From Patescibacteria group bacterium (lineage in GTDB: Bacteria > Patescibacteriota > Patescibacteriia > UM-FILTER-42-10), in the NCBI GenBank assembly GCA_041664365.1, contig JBAYKW010000001.1:7168-71167 (forward strand): DNA of 64,000 nucleotides, given 5' to 3'. Shown here piece by piece: positions 9,111-19,394 of this stretch. The translations under genes and the position numbers were made by a program. The first letter of the stretch is position 1, and each line of letters opens with the position of its first letter. The notes under the pieces were generated by a model. That model had not been told where the DNA came from, did not search any database, and saw only the letters and a program-made list of their open reading frames with translations.

Positions 9111-12100
9111 ATGAAAAAAATTATAACGTTTTTTCTGACATTAACGATATCAGTAATTTATTTAGTGGGTGTATTTCATAATGCTTATGCTGAATCAAAT
9201 CAAACTGAGGATTCTAATATTGCTCAATTACAAAATGAGGACGGGAAGGAAACATTAACTGATCTGCAAAACAAGTTGGGAGATAATCTGCAATACACTA
9301 TCGATCAGAATACTGGCAATTTATCTTTTATAAAAAGCCAGGGTAATGGAATACCGCTTACTGGTGCAAGTAGTAATGCAGTGGGTGGAACAAGTATGGC
9401 CGGGTTATTTTTGAAAGAATACGGCGCGTTGTTTGGGATTAATGATCCGGTGTCAGATTTATCCGTAATGAAAGAGACAACGGATGCATTGGGCATGAAA
9501 CACATCCGATATAATCAGCGCTATGCCGGCGTGCCGGTCTTTGGTGGAGAGGTGATTGTCCATTTGAATGGTAATCTGACGGTTGCTTCGGCCAACGGCA
9601 GGGCTATATCTAATACATCTTTAGATGTTACTCCTGTAATTTCCAGTGAAGTTGCTGTAACAAAAGCGAAAGAAATTTGGCAAAATCAATTCGATACAGA
9701 TAATCCGGAAGTGCTGAAAACAAACCTGTATGTTTTTAATAAATCGCTTTTTAACAAAAATAATGAAGATCAAAATTATTTAGTTTGGCAAATAGAATTA
9801 TATAAAAAAACTCCCAGTCTGCATGAATTTTATTTTATTGATACCCGAGACGGCAGTCTCGTTCACCAAATTACAGGTATCAAGAACGCCATTAGTCGCC
9901 GTATCTATGACTGTTCTTACGGAGATGGTTTTTGTTACTTAGATGCATATGATGCAGTCTCCGCTTATACATTAGGCCGTTCCGAAGGAAAGCCGATCCG
10001 CGGTACCAACCCCTGGTATGGTCTAACCGATGTGGATAATTTGTACAGTATAACAGGTTATGCTCATAATTATTTTTTAAATACATTTAGCCTTAACGGT
10101 GCAAATAATTTAGGCGGGCTGGGAGATGGAACTTATGTCCCATATACAAGGACTGAAGGCCTAGCTTATATAGACCCGGTGTATCCAGCATGTCCAAATG
10201 CTTTTTATGATGGTTACGCTATAAATTTCTGTACTGGCTGGGTAACTACCGATATTGTTGCTCATGAGTACGGTCATGGTGTTACTCAATTTTCTGTAGT
10301 AGATGGTTATGGAAATCCTGCCGGTTTGATTTATTCTGACGAATCGGGTGCTTTAAGTGAGTCTTATGCTGATGTTTTTGGTGAAGCTGTTGAGAATTAT
10401 AGTGATGGATCTGGTGATTGGTTGATTGGCGAGGATTTGACCGGTGGTGCCCTGCGCAGCATGAGTGATCCGATGAGTATGTCATATCCCGATCGTTTTA
10501 ACAGTCCTTATTTTTATTGTGGTGATTCTGACCAGGGGGGAGTTCATATCAATAACTCAGTACCGAATTACGCCGCATATTTAATGGCTATGGGTGGTAC
10601 TTTCAACAATTGTACGATTAATGGTATCGGGCGGGCTAAGGAAGAAGCAATATATTACCGCGCACTTACTCAATATCTCACCACCAGTTCCGGTTTTAAT
10701 GATGCATATAATGCTCTAGTCACTTCCTGCCAGGATCTTTATGGAGCTTTGAGCAGTGATTGCCGGCAAGTAGTTAAGGCTTTACGTGCGGTGGAAATGA
10801 ATCAGGGTGGATACTGCAGTGGACAGACAGCTGTTGACCCGGGTTGTGCTGTTATTGATGCGACGCCAAGTGTTACTCAAGTTTCATCTGATAAAGCTGA
10901 CGGTACTTATATTGCCGGTACCGTGATTGATATTGATGTTACTTTTTCTAAAGCGGTTACTTCAAGTGGTGAAATTACTGTAACTTTGGAAACGGGCGCT
11001 ACAGACAGAAGTTGTACTTTCTCAGTTAGCAACGCTGCTTTCGGCAGTTGTGACTATACCATTCAAGCCGGTGATAACAGTAACGATTTAAATGTTAAAA
11101 GCATTTCTGGCTCGATAACAGATGCTTACGGTAATACGGTAACTGACCTTACACCCGGAAGCGATTTGTCTAGTAATAAAAATATTAAAATCGGTGCTCC
11201 TACGCTTGGACTGTTACTTTCACAAGCATCTGATACTGAACCTTTCATCAAACGTGTTGGTCATCATGGCAACAAAATTAAATCATTCGCTGTACACAAA
11301 GGAAAAGGAGGGGTATTAAGTGTTGAAGCCGATATTAATGGTGACGGAATTAATGAAATTGTCGTTGCGCCAGAAGCCGGACTCGGAGGTAAGGTAAAGG
11401 CTTATACAAAAAACGGGGCAGCGCTTGCTTCTTTCAGTCCTTTTGGCAGTAAATTCAATGATGGAATCAGTCTTACTTCGGGCGATGTGAACAACGACGG
11501 GAAAAAAGAAATCATTGTTTCCCCGCTCACTAAGGGAACGCCAAAAATAAAAGTTTTCCGCTACGCAAATAAAAAATTTACACTGCTGAAAGAGATTAAA
11601 GTTTTTGGCAGTAGTGTCCCGGGCGGTCTGATTGTAAGTTCCGGTGATGTCAATGACGATAATATTGACGAAATTATTGTTTCGCCGTATCAGGATCAGG
11701 ATAAAAAAGATCGGGTGGTAAAAATCTATGCTTACCGTAACAACAAACTGGTTAAACTTGCTTCAAAACAGCTCTATAGTAAACGCACTGAATATCAGGG
11801 AATTAAAACTACCACTGCCGATCTGGACGGTGATGGCAGAGATGAAATTATTGCCACTCCTTCGCTAAATTTTGGCGATGACATCCAGGTCTACGGATAT
11901 GCAAACGGGGGGTTAACGCATCTGGATGATGTATGGGCATACTCCGCGTCTTTTAACGGGCTTACATCTCTTGCAACCGGCGACATTAATTCTGACGGCA
12001 GAAATGAAATTATGCTTACGATAAAAACCGGTGGATTACCTTATGTCTTTATCTATAAATTTAACAATGGAAAACTTGTTCTGCATGACAAATTCCGCGC

Positions 12101-12302
12101 ATATGATAAGGAATTTACCGGCGGTGTCAATCTTGCCGTGCTTGATATTGATGGAGATAATAAAGCGGAAGTGATCACTGCACCATATAGTGGTAAACAG
12201 AAAGTAAAAGTATGGGACGTCGAATCAACTAAACAAAAACTGCACTCTTCCTTTTGGGGGTTTGGCAAGGATTTTGAAGGTGGAATCAATTTTGCCCGGT
12301 AA
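9111..12302 (+). CDS. Secreted thermolysin-family (M4) metallopeptidase with FTP/PepSY propeptide and C-terminal FG-GAP-like repeats
   Basis: Signal peptide, NAFY, HEYGH zinc motif, GALSESYAD, GGVHINN; repeated (G/A)D(V/I/L)NxDGxxEII motifs. Confidence 0.9.
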   Translation: MKKIITFFLTLTISVIYLVGVFHNAYAESNQTEDSNIAQLQNEDGKETLTDLQNKLGDNLQYTIDQNTGNLSFIKSQGNGIPLTGASSNAVGGTSMAGLFLKEYGALFGINDPVSDLSVMKETTDALGMKHIRYNQRYAGVPVFGGEVIVHLNGNLTVASANGRAISNTSLDVTPVISSEVAVTKAKEIWQNQFDTDNPEVLKTNLYVFNKSLFNKNNEDQNYLVWQIELYKKTPSLHEFYFIDTRDGSLVHQITGIKNAISRRIYDCSYGDGFCYLDAYDAVSAYTLGRSEGKPIRGTNPWYGLTDVDNLYSITGYAHNYFLNTFSLNGANNLGGLGDGTYVPYTRTEGLAYIDPVYPACPNAFYDGYAINFCTGWVTTDIVAHEYGHGVTQFSVVDGYGNPAGLIYSDESGALSESYADVFGEAVENYSDGSGDWLIGEDLTGGALRSMSDPMSMSYPDRFNSPYFYCGDSDQGGVHINNSVPNYAAYLMAMGGTFNNCTINGIGRAKEEAIYYRALTQYLTTSSGFNDAYNALVTSCQDLYGALSSDCRQVVKALRAVEMNQGGYCSGQTAVDPGCAVIDATPSVTQVSSDKADGTYIAGTVIDIDVTFSKAVTSSGEITVTLETGATDRSCTFSVSNAAFGSCDYTIQAGDNSNDLNVKSISGSITDAYGNTVTDLTPGSDLSSNKNIKIGAPTLGLLLSQASDTEPFIKRVGHHGNKIKSFAVHKGKGGVLSVEADINGDGINEIVVAPEAGLGGKVKAYTKNGAALASFSPFGSKFNDGISLTSGDVNNDGKKEIIVSPLTKGTPKIKVFRYANKKFTLLKEIKVFGSSVPGGLIVSSGDVNDDNIDEIIVSPYQDQDKKDRVVKIYAYRNNKLVKLASKQLYSKRTEYQGIKTTTADLDGDGRDEIIATPSLNFGDDIQVYGYANGGLTHLDDVWAYSASFNGLTSLATGDINSDGRNEIMLTIKTGGLPYVFIYKFNNGKLVLHDKFRAYDKEFTGGVNLAVLDIDGDNKAEVITAPYSGKQKVKVWDVESTKQKLHSSFWGFGKDFEGGINFAR

Positions 12303-12481
12303 TTTTGTGGACAATATATATTAATTCTTCATGAAAGCAACGTAACACTTTGATTGCTATATTTTGTGTATTTGAATAAATAATTTCGGTAAATAAGATA
12401 CCGCTTTGACATGCACTAATATGTATGATAATTTAGTTTTTCCGCGCTCCAATTGTCTGTGTCGTTCCAGGGAGGGCAGAA

Positions 12482-13132
12482 ATGAAGTTGCTGGATGCCG
12501 GCGTCATGCTGGTGCTCGTGGTGCTGATGGCATGCTGCATGATCAACCGTGATGATGTGGCAACCAACAAGCCGGATATCAGTACGGCTCAGGCGGCGGT
12601 GGATACCGTCTCCTACGATCCACTCAATACTCCGCCGTCAGGGATATCGGCGGTCAACCGCTTCTACGCCATCGTGGCGGAATACTTCCGCACTGTCGAA
12701 GAAGAGAATTCCGCCTGGATGAGTAATGAGCAGCATTCCAAGACCCGGTTCGAGAAGGAAAATCTGACCAGCTTTTTCACCTGGTGCTGTTTGAGGGACT
12801 ATTACCAGGACAAGCTGACACCGGAAGACAAACGCTGGCTGTTTGCCAATCTGGACGGATCGCGCCCACTGCCAGTCGGCATCGCGTTCGACTACTGGGG
12901 TCCGATCACGGACGTCCTGGGATTTGAGCCGACGGGTAATCCGCGTGCAGATTTTGAGGACTTTCTCCTCAACTCCTTTCCGGATACGGATTACCAAACG
13001 GGGTTCGACGCCTTTCATGACGCAAAAGCCATGAAGGCAATTCACCAGACGGTCCGTGCGCGGATGAAATCGCTAGGGGTCGAATATCCCAATGATCTTT
13101 CGCAGGCCGAGAGTCTGCTCACGTCCGAATAG
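12482..13132 (+). CDS. GC-rich exported or lipoprotein-like hypothetical protein
   Basis: TTGACA(12406)-17-TAATTT promoter, GGAGGG SD, hydrophobic N-terminus ending LMACC, hairpin plus T-run at 13123-13160. Confidence 0.7.
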   Translation: MKLLDAGVMLVLVVLMACCMINRDDVATNKPDISTAQAAVDTVSYDPLNTPPSGISAVNRFYAIVAEYFRTVEEENSAWMSNEQHSKTRFEKENLTSFFTWCCLRDYYQDKLTPEDKRWLFANLDGSRPLPVGIAFDYWGPITDVLGFEPTGNPRADFEDFLLNSFPDTDYQTGFDAFHDAKAMKAIHQTVRARMKSLGVEYPNDLSQAESLLTSE

Positions 13133-13167
13133 AAGCAACCGCTTCTGTCCGGATTTTTTTATTTTAC

Positions 13168-13263
13168 CCCCACACCAATATTATTAATAAAAATGGACGG
13201 ATATTTAATTGTAATTATGTTAGATTTATAAAATGTAAATTAAACTACCATATTGGTGTGGGG
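13168..13263. mobile_element. MITE-like element, 13-bp terminal inverted repeats CCCCACACCAATA around an AT-rich core
   Basis: 13168-13180 and 13251-13263 are perfect reverse complements. Confidence 0.6.
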
Positions 13264-13283
13264 ATAAAAAAACGAAGACATGG

Positions 13284-13769
13284 TTAGTCTTCGCAGGAAA
13301 GAGCGGTAGCGGGCGAGTGTTCGTCAGATTGTTCCGGAATCCTCCAGATGGCCAGCGAGCGACTTTTGGTCTTCCGGTATCCGATACCGTCGTCCGTGGC
13401 TATCAGATCGCGCATTGCGCGCAGGATCCGTGTTTCGCTGACGCCCCAGCCTTTGGCATTGAGGCGTTGCCGCACGTCGTTCGGTCGGATCTCCTTCAAT
13501 GGCTTTGCCATAGCCAGGATTCCGCGGATTTCCGCGAACAGGAGTTGGTCCGATTCCGCAGTGTCGGGGTAGTCGCGTGTTCGTACCTGTTCGGTACAGG
13601 GTACGATATGACGTAGCTTCGCCCTCTTGAGTGTCTCCTTTTCGCGCTTGCGATAATCCCTGATGACGGGGACGGCGAGCAGGGCGACCCAACCCAAGAC
13701 ACAGATGGCGATCAGCAGGTCCCCGTACTGACTGGCTCCCTGAGCGGTGGTCGTGACCGTGGTGTCCAT
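13284..13769 (-). CDS. GC-rich single-TM hypothetical protein (probable start 13769, MDTTVTT...)
   Basis: AGAAAGG SD, TTGACA(13866-13861)-17-TAGGTT promoter, one TM helix. Confidence 0.7.
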   Translation of the reverse strand: MDTTVTTTAQGASQYGDLLIAICVLGWVALLAVPVIRDYRKREKETLKRAKLRHIVPCTEQVRTRDYPDTAESDQLLFAEIRGILAMAKPLKEIRPNDVRQRLNAKGWGVSETRILRAMRDLIATDDGIGYRKTKSRSLAIWRIPEQSDEHSPATALSCED

Positions 13770-13906
13770 AATAACCTTTCTTGTTCGGTTACTCTCCCGT
13801 CTGGCAAACATCGGTTCCACGGCGTTTGCAGTAATAAAACCTAGCACCACTAGTCTTGTTTGTCAACGAGTGATATAATTCTATAATAATAATTGATTGT
13901 AATAAT

Positions 13907-14155
13907 ATGCCTGAAAAACAAGAAAAAAAAGAAGAATTCGTAATTTCCGGCGATAAAGTTGTGGAAAAAGTGAAGGAATTGATCAAAGAGGGAAATGCCC
14001 GTCGGATTATTATTAATAATGAAAAAGGCGAATCAATTATTGAGATTCCCGTAACAGTAGGGGTAGTTGGTGCTTTGATTGCGCCAGTTTTAGCCGCTAT
14101 TGGTGCGGCAGCCGCTCTGCTGACAAAATGCACAATAGTCGTGATTAAAAAATAG
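13907..14155 (+). CDS. DUF4342-like small protein
   Basis: KVKELIKEGNARRIII...EIPVTVGVVGALIAPVLAAIGAAAAL pattern. Confidence 0.8.
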   Translation: MPEKQEKKEEFVISGDKVVEKVKELIKEGNARRIIINNEKGESIIEIPVTVGVVGALIAPVLAAIGAAAALLTKCTIVVIKK

Positions 14156-14158
14156 TGT

Positions 14159-15058
14159 ATGCCAGAAGCAATTATCAGTGTTAAGAATTTTTCTAAATCC
14201 TTCGGAGACAATAAAGTTGTAACTGATCTTTCTTTTGATGTACAAAAAGGAGAAGTCTTCGCCTTGCTCGGTGCCAACGGATCGGGGAAAACAACAACTA
14301 TCCGCTGTCTTTTAAACATTCTACAACCGGATACCGGATCGCTTCTGATTGATGGAAAAAAATATGACCAGTCCATGTCCGGTCACGTCGGCTATTTGCC
14401 GGAGGAAAGGGGATTATATACTTCCGAAAGAGTAATTGATACCATGGTCTATTTCGGCGAACTGAAAGGAATGTCAGCTAGCGATGCCAAAAAATGGTCC
14501 TATGGATATCTGGAAAAAGTCGGATTGCATGATAAGGCAAGATTAAAAGTTAAAAAACTGTCATCCGGCCAGCAGCAAAAGATTCAGCTCGGGATTACGA
14601 TTATCAATCAGCCGGATTTATTGATACTGGACGAGCCGACCAAAGGGCTAGATCCGGTAAACAGGACTCTGCTCATGGATATGCTTTTGGATATGAAGGA
14701 AAAGGGAAGTACGATAATATTTATTACTCATCAGATGGAAGAGGTGGAAAAGATAGCCAACCGTCTCCTTATGATCCAGGACGGCAAACGGATTTTATAC
14801 GGAGCGGTGGATGAAGTAAAAGCGCAATTCGGCGAGGATCGGATACACGTTCAGTTCAGAGGTATATTGCCGAAAAACGACCAACTCTATTCCATCGCTA
14901 ATGACACGACTAATTCCGCCTCCTTGATTTTAAAAGAAGGAATCACCCCGAAAGACACGCTATCATATTTAGCTGGGACAGAACTGAAAATTACAAAATT
15001 TGAAGTGGCGGCACCTTCATTAGAAGAAATATTTGTAATGGTATCAAAACAACAATGA
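14159..15058 (+). CDS. ABC transporter ATP-binding protein (NatA-like)
   Basis: Walker A GANGSGKT, LSSGQ signature, LILDEP. Confidence 0.95.
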   Translation: MPEAIISVKNFSKSFGDNKVVTDLSFDVQKGEVFALLGANGSGKTTTIRCLLNILQPDTGSLLIDGKKYDQSMSGHVGYLPEERGLYTSERVIDTMVYFGELKGMSASDAKKWSYGYLEKVGLHDKARLKVKKLSSGQQQKIQLGITIINQPDLLILDEPTKGLDPVNRTLLMDMLLDMKEKGSTIIFITHQMEEVEKIANRLLMIQDGKRILYGAVDEVKAQFGEDRIHVQFRGILPKNDQLYSIANDTTNSASLILKEGITPKDTLSYLAGTELKITKFEVAAPSLEEIFVMVSKQQ

Positions 15059-16278
15059 ATACAATCCTGAAAGTTGCGAAAAAAGAATATTTGAAGATAG
15101 TTCAGAAACCATCTTTTTGGATTATGATTGTAATTGTTCCAATTCTCTATCTGGGCTTAGTCGCCATTTCGGGAACATCAGCAACTCAGGTTGAAAAAAA
15201 GATAGCGGAAGAAGTAAAAAATATCGATAATGTATTGATCATTGATCAGTCAGGGATTGTTAATAAAGATTCGATTGTTCCCCCATATTTTGTTGCTACG
15301 GATATTGACCAGGCTAAAGAGCAGGTTAGGGAAGGAAAAGCAGATGCGGCGTTTATCTATCCAGAGAATATACTGAATGATAAAGTGATTGAAATATATG
15401 CTATTGATACTAGCCTCATTTCACGTGACCGGTTTAATATTGTGGCAAAAGAAATACTGAAGCAGAATATTTTAATGGAAATCCAGGATCCGGCAAGAAT
15501 TGCATTATTCTCAAGTGAAATAAAACTGGAAAAAACTTTATACAAAGACGGGGTGGTGGTAGATCAGCGATTTGAAATATTCATTATTCCGATAATTTCC
15601 ATATTGGTTTACTTTGTGATGGTCATGTTCTCATCCGGATTTATGTTATCCAGTGTCTCAGAAGAAAAAGAGAATCGGATGATTGAAACAATACTGTCTA
15701 TTGTTAAACCGCGCCAGCTAATCTGGGGGAAACTGATCGGACTTACCGGTGTGTCTTTGACTTCACTGTTTGCCTTAGGAGCTCTGATGACCGGGATCGT
15801 AATTGTTTCGACAAATATTTTTCCGATCACGATTGACTGGTCGGCCGTCGATGTAACATTCGGACAGGTACTTTTATCCATATTTTATACGATCGGCGGA
15901 TATCTATTTCTGTCCAGTATCATGGTGGGAGTAGGTGCGGCAATGCCGAAATACCGTGATGCCCAGCAGTTTTCCTCTGTTTTTATTATCCTTTCAATAA
16001 TCCCGGTCTATTTCGCATCATTTTTGCTGGCGGAACCATCAGGAGTATTATCGAGGACGGTAAGTTTTACCCCATTTACTGCCCCGCTGATTTTGATTTT
16101 CCGCAGTTCAATCGGTGCGTTAACCACCTGGGAGTCAATAATGGGAGTCGTAGTTGTATCGTTATACGTTATGATTGGATTCTATTTTGCATTCAAATTG
16201 TTTGAGGTCGGATCGCTGGAAGTAAATAAGAAAATATCCTTTAAATTTCTCTTACAGAAGCAAAAGGAAAAGAAGTAA
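15055..16278 (+). CDS. ABC-2 type permease (NatB-like)
   Basis: SVSEEKENRMIETILS motif, about 6-7 TM helices, overlaps the ATPase stop. Confidence 0.9.
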   Translation: MNTILKVAKKEYLKIVQKPSFWIMIVIVPILYLGLVAISGTSATQVEKKIAEEVKNIDNVLIIDQSGIVNKDSIVPPYFVATDIDQAKEQVREGKADAAFIYPENILNDKVIEIYAIDTSLISRDRFNIVAKEILKQNILMEIQDPARIALFSSEIKLEKTLYKDGVVVDQRFEIFIIPIISILVYFVMVMFSSGFMLSSVSEEKENRMIETILSIVKPRQLIWGKLIGLTGVSLTSLFALGALMTGIVIVSTNIFPITIDWSAVDVTFGQVLLSIFYTIGGYLFLSSIMVGVGAAMPKYRDAQQFSSVFIILSIIPVYFASFLLAEPSGVLSRTVSFTPFTAPLILIFRSSIGALTTWESIMGVVVVSLYVMIGFYFAFKLFEVGSLEVNKKISFKFLLQKQKEKK

Positions 16279-16470
16279 ATTATATCGATAAAAGACCTGC
16301 CGAATCAGCCGGTCTTTTTTGTATTACCCGCATGGCTTGACTTCTACCCCTACACTTGAGTGTGGGGGTTGACAAAAAATTTTATTCTGGTAGTATTGGC
16401 AATTACTGTCGCAGGTGGACGAAAAGTTCGCCACATGGATGTGAACCAAAGCCTCTAAGGGGACTGGTAC

Positions 16471-16908
16471 ATGCGTAAGCAGGCAAGTGCTTCCGTCGAT
16501 CGCGTGGAAAAACTCCGCCTCTGGGTGGAACGCTGTGATGATCATGACACGGGGAGTCTCTTCATGTCGATCCGGCCGGGTGCTTCAACACATGAAGGCG
16601 GCGTATATATCAGCTGCCAGGAAGGTACGAGGTACCTCTTCGCTGGTGAAGCAATTAACCTCAAGTCGCTGAATGCTGCTCTCGCGAGTAATATTCGCGA
16701 CGAATTCGAGGTGATTGTGACTGGCGTTCTCTACCAAGTCATTCATGGCGCCTTCGAGGTAGTTACTCAGGCACATCTGGCCGACACCGAGGATGGTGAA
16801 GGCAAGGTTGTGGCACCGAACTGGTCAGAAAAAGAACTGGCACGCATGCGCCGGGACTTTGCTCCCATCCACTTCATTCAGGCGGAAACGCTTGTCGTAA
16901 ACCTGTAG
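16471..16908 (+). CDS. GC-rich hypothetical protein (cassette)
   Basis: TTGACA(16369)-16-TAGTAT promoter, AAGGGG SD, terminator 16939-16975. Confidence 0.65.
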   Translation: MRKQASASVDRVEKLRLWVERCDDHDTGSLFMSIRPGASTHEGGVYISCQEGTRYLFAGEAINLKSLNAALASNIRDEFEVIVTGVLYQVIHGAFEVVTQAHLADTEDGEGKVVAPNWSEKELARMRRDFAPIHFIQAETLVVNL

Positions 16909-17129
16909 ACAGTCCGTTCTTTTGGTCTTAACCGGCCGCCCGTAAATCCCCATTGGAATTTGCGGGATTTTTTTATTTATGAATTGGGGTGCTTAACCCC
17001 GTTAGAGAAAATTATCTAGCCAGATTGACGGAATATTATTTTCTGTTAAGATACTTATTCACAGTCAGGTATATTTCGATATCTGAATTGTGACCAGGCA
17101 CATTCGAGGAGTGGAGAGAGGAGTGGAGA

Positions 17130-17504
17130 ATGGAACAACAGGGCAGACATCATTCAGCCAGCGTGGAGAAGATTTTCGTTGCAGTGATACTGCGTCCTGA
17201 AGCTCTGCCCCAGGGCATGAGTTTTCTGGGAGACACGAGGGTTAACTTTTCCATCGGAGAAGTTGCCTTTCCCGAACTGCTTCCTTCGGATTCCTATCAT
17301 GTCGACGGAGAGTTGGATCAACTCACGGACGCTGGTCGGGAGAAGGTCAGGCCCGTCTGGAATCGTGCTGTGGATCAAGCCAGGACCCGACTGCCGGAAT
17401 TGGCGACTGTCTTCCCCGATTGGGAGGTGCGCTCCATCTTCCTTTATCGGAACGTCAACAATACCATGGTTCGTGATGTGGATCGATTTGATCTTAAACT
17501 TTAG
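17130..17504 (+). CDS. GC-rich hypothetical protein (cassette)
   Basis: TTGACG(17025)-16-TAAGAT promoter, duplicated GAGGAGTGGAGA SD region, terminator 17520-17556. Confidence 0.65.
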   Translation: MEQQGRHHSASVEKIFVAVILRPEALPQGMSFLGDTRVNFSIGEVAFPELLPSDSYHVDGELDQLTDAGREKVRPVWNRAVDQARTRLPELATVFPDWEVRSIFLYRNVNNTMVRDVDRFDLKL

Positions 17505-17718
17505 TTGCCATAGGCAACTCCCGCAATATCCCACTTGGTATTCGCGGGATTTTTTATTGTAATATATTCAATTTTTGCATCAGAATTATGGTTTGGAAGA
17601 CGGGGGTTGACAGAATATTAAATTAGGTATATCATTGCATGTTTTGCTATTAATAAACGGTTGAAACAGATATTATCAAATAAATGTTCTAATCTTAGCC
17701 AAATAATTTTGTAATAAG

Positions 17719-19386
17719 ATGATTGCGACAAAACAGGTTACCGATGCCCTGAGAAAAGAGGGTATCTTATCCAAAGAAACATCGCATAAACTCAAGGAGT
17801 ACGAAAAACTCCAGATGGGTAATGTTTTGGATTTTTGTATTGAGCAAGGCATGGTCCCGTCATCTAAGCTGATTTCATTACTGCAGGAATCTCATTCACT
17901 GCAGGTAGTTGATTTGAATCAGGTAAAAATATATCCGGAAGTGGTTAAAAAACTTCCTTCTTCAATTTGTCTGGAACATTTGGTACTGCCCTTCCAGGAA
18001 GATAAAGCATATATTTATGTGGCAATGGCCCGACCGGAAAATACGGAACTGATTACTTATGTAAAAAAGTCGCTGAAAAAGGATGTGGCGGTGTATCTGG
18101 CCAATCAGAGGGATATTAAACAATACCTGGAGGAAACATTTAATAATTCCGCGGAATCAAGTAAAAAAGCAATTGATGAACTGATTGTCAGGGCATGCCG
18201 GATAAATAACACGCCGGAAACAATGGGACAGGAAGCCCCGATCATTTCATTATTAAACCAGATGATAATCTTCGGTATAAAAAGCGAAGCAAGCGACATG
18301 CATATTGAGCCGCGCGAAGATTCAGTTGCTGTGCGTTTTCGCATGGACGGCATGCTGCACCAATTTTTCACCCTGCCGAAAGAACTGCTAGCTCCGATAA
18401 TTGCGCGTACTAAAATATTATCTCAGATCCGTATTGACGAACATATGCGTCCACAGGACGGGAGATTCAGTTTTGACGAATCGGGATATAAAGTGGCGGT
18501 CCGTCTTTCTATCATCCCGACTCTGCACGGCCAGAAAGCATCCTTAAGATTTTTAGATACGGATAACGAGAACCTTTCGCTCAATACTTTGGGCCTGGAA
18601 AAAAACAATCGGGAAAATTTGAAAAAAATTCTTGGGTTTACCAATGGAATGGTTCTAATTACCGGCCCGACCGGCTCGGGTAAAACAACAACTTTGTATT
18701 CATTGATTAAAGAGATTAATAATCAGCAGGTTAATATTTCAACAATTGAAGATCCGATAGAATACCATCTGACCGGAGCGAACCAGATTCAGGTAAATCC
18801 GCATGTAGATTTGAATTTTGCGAGCGGTCTGCGTTCAATTTTGCGCCAGGATCCGGATATTATTATGATCGGAGAAATTCGGGACAAAGAAACTGCGACC
18901 ATTGCCATTAATGCCGCGATGACCGGTCATTTAGTATTAACATCTTTACATACCAACAGCGCCGCCGCCGCAATCCCGAGACTTTTGGATATGGGTGTGG
19001 AGCCGTATTTAATAGCTTCCACCTTGAAAGCAATTATCGGCCAGCGTTTGGTGCGTAATATATGCGCATCCTGTAAAACGGAATTTGTTGTCGATTCAAT
19101 TCCTAAAGAACTGGTAGAAAAATACTCTGCCACAGAAAAACCAATCGCTGCAAAAGGACAAGGGTGCCCTGAGTGTTTAAATACCGGATATTCAGGCCGA
19201 ACCGGAATTTTCGAAGTTTTAAATGTCGATGAAGATATCCATGATCTGATTATTAATCGGGCACATTCTTCATCAATAGAAGCAGCTGCCATAGCAAAAA
19301 ATATGAAATCGATGTATGAAGATGGAATAATCAAAGTACTTAATAAACAAACTACCTTAGAAGAGGTAATAAGGGTTACTAAATAA
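17719..19386 (+). CDS. pilB: Type IV pilus/T2SS assembly ATPase (PilB/GspE)
   Basis: ASDMHIEP, GPTGSGKTTTL, TIEDPIEY, LRQDPDIIMIGEIRD, CxxC motifs. Confidence 0.92.
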   Translation: MIATKQVTDALRKEGILSKETSHKLKEYEKLQMGNVLDFCIEQGMVPSSKLISLLQESHSLQVVDLNQVKIYPEVVKKLPSSICLEHLVLPFQEDKAYIYVAMARPENTELITYVKKSLKKDVAVYLANQRDIKQYLEETFNNSAESSKKAIDELIVRACRINNTPETMGQEAPIISLLNQMIIFGIKSEASDMHIEPREDSVAVRFRMDGMLHQFFTLPKELLAPIIARTKILSQIRIDEHMRPQDGRFSFDESGYKVAVRLSIIPTLHGQKASLRFLDTDNENLSLNTLGLEKNNRENLKKILGFTNGMVLITGPTGSGKTTTLYSLIKEINNQQVNISTIEDPIEYHLTGANQIQVNPHVDLNFASGLRSILRQDPDIIMIGEIRDKETATIAINAAMTGHLVLTSLHTNSAAAAIPRLLDMGVEPYLIASTLKAIIGQRLVRNICASCKTEFVVDSIPKELVEKYSATEKPIAAKGQGCPECLNTGYSGRTGIFEVLNVDEDIHDLIINRAHSSSIEAAAIAKNMKSMYEDGIIKVLNKQTTLEEVIRVTK

Positions 19387-19394
19387 TTACAAAC

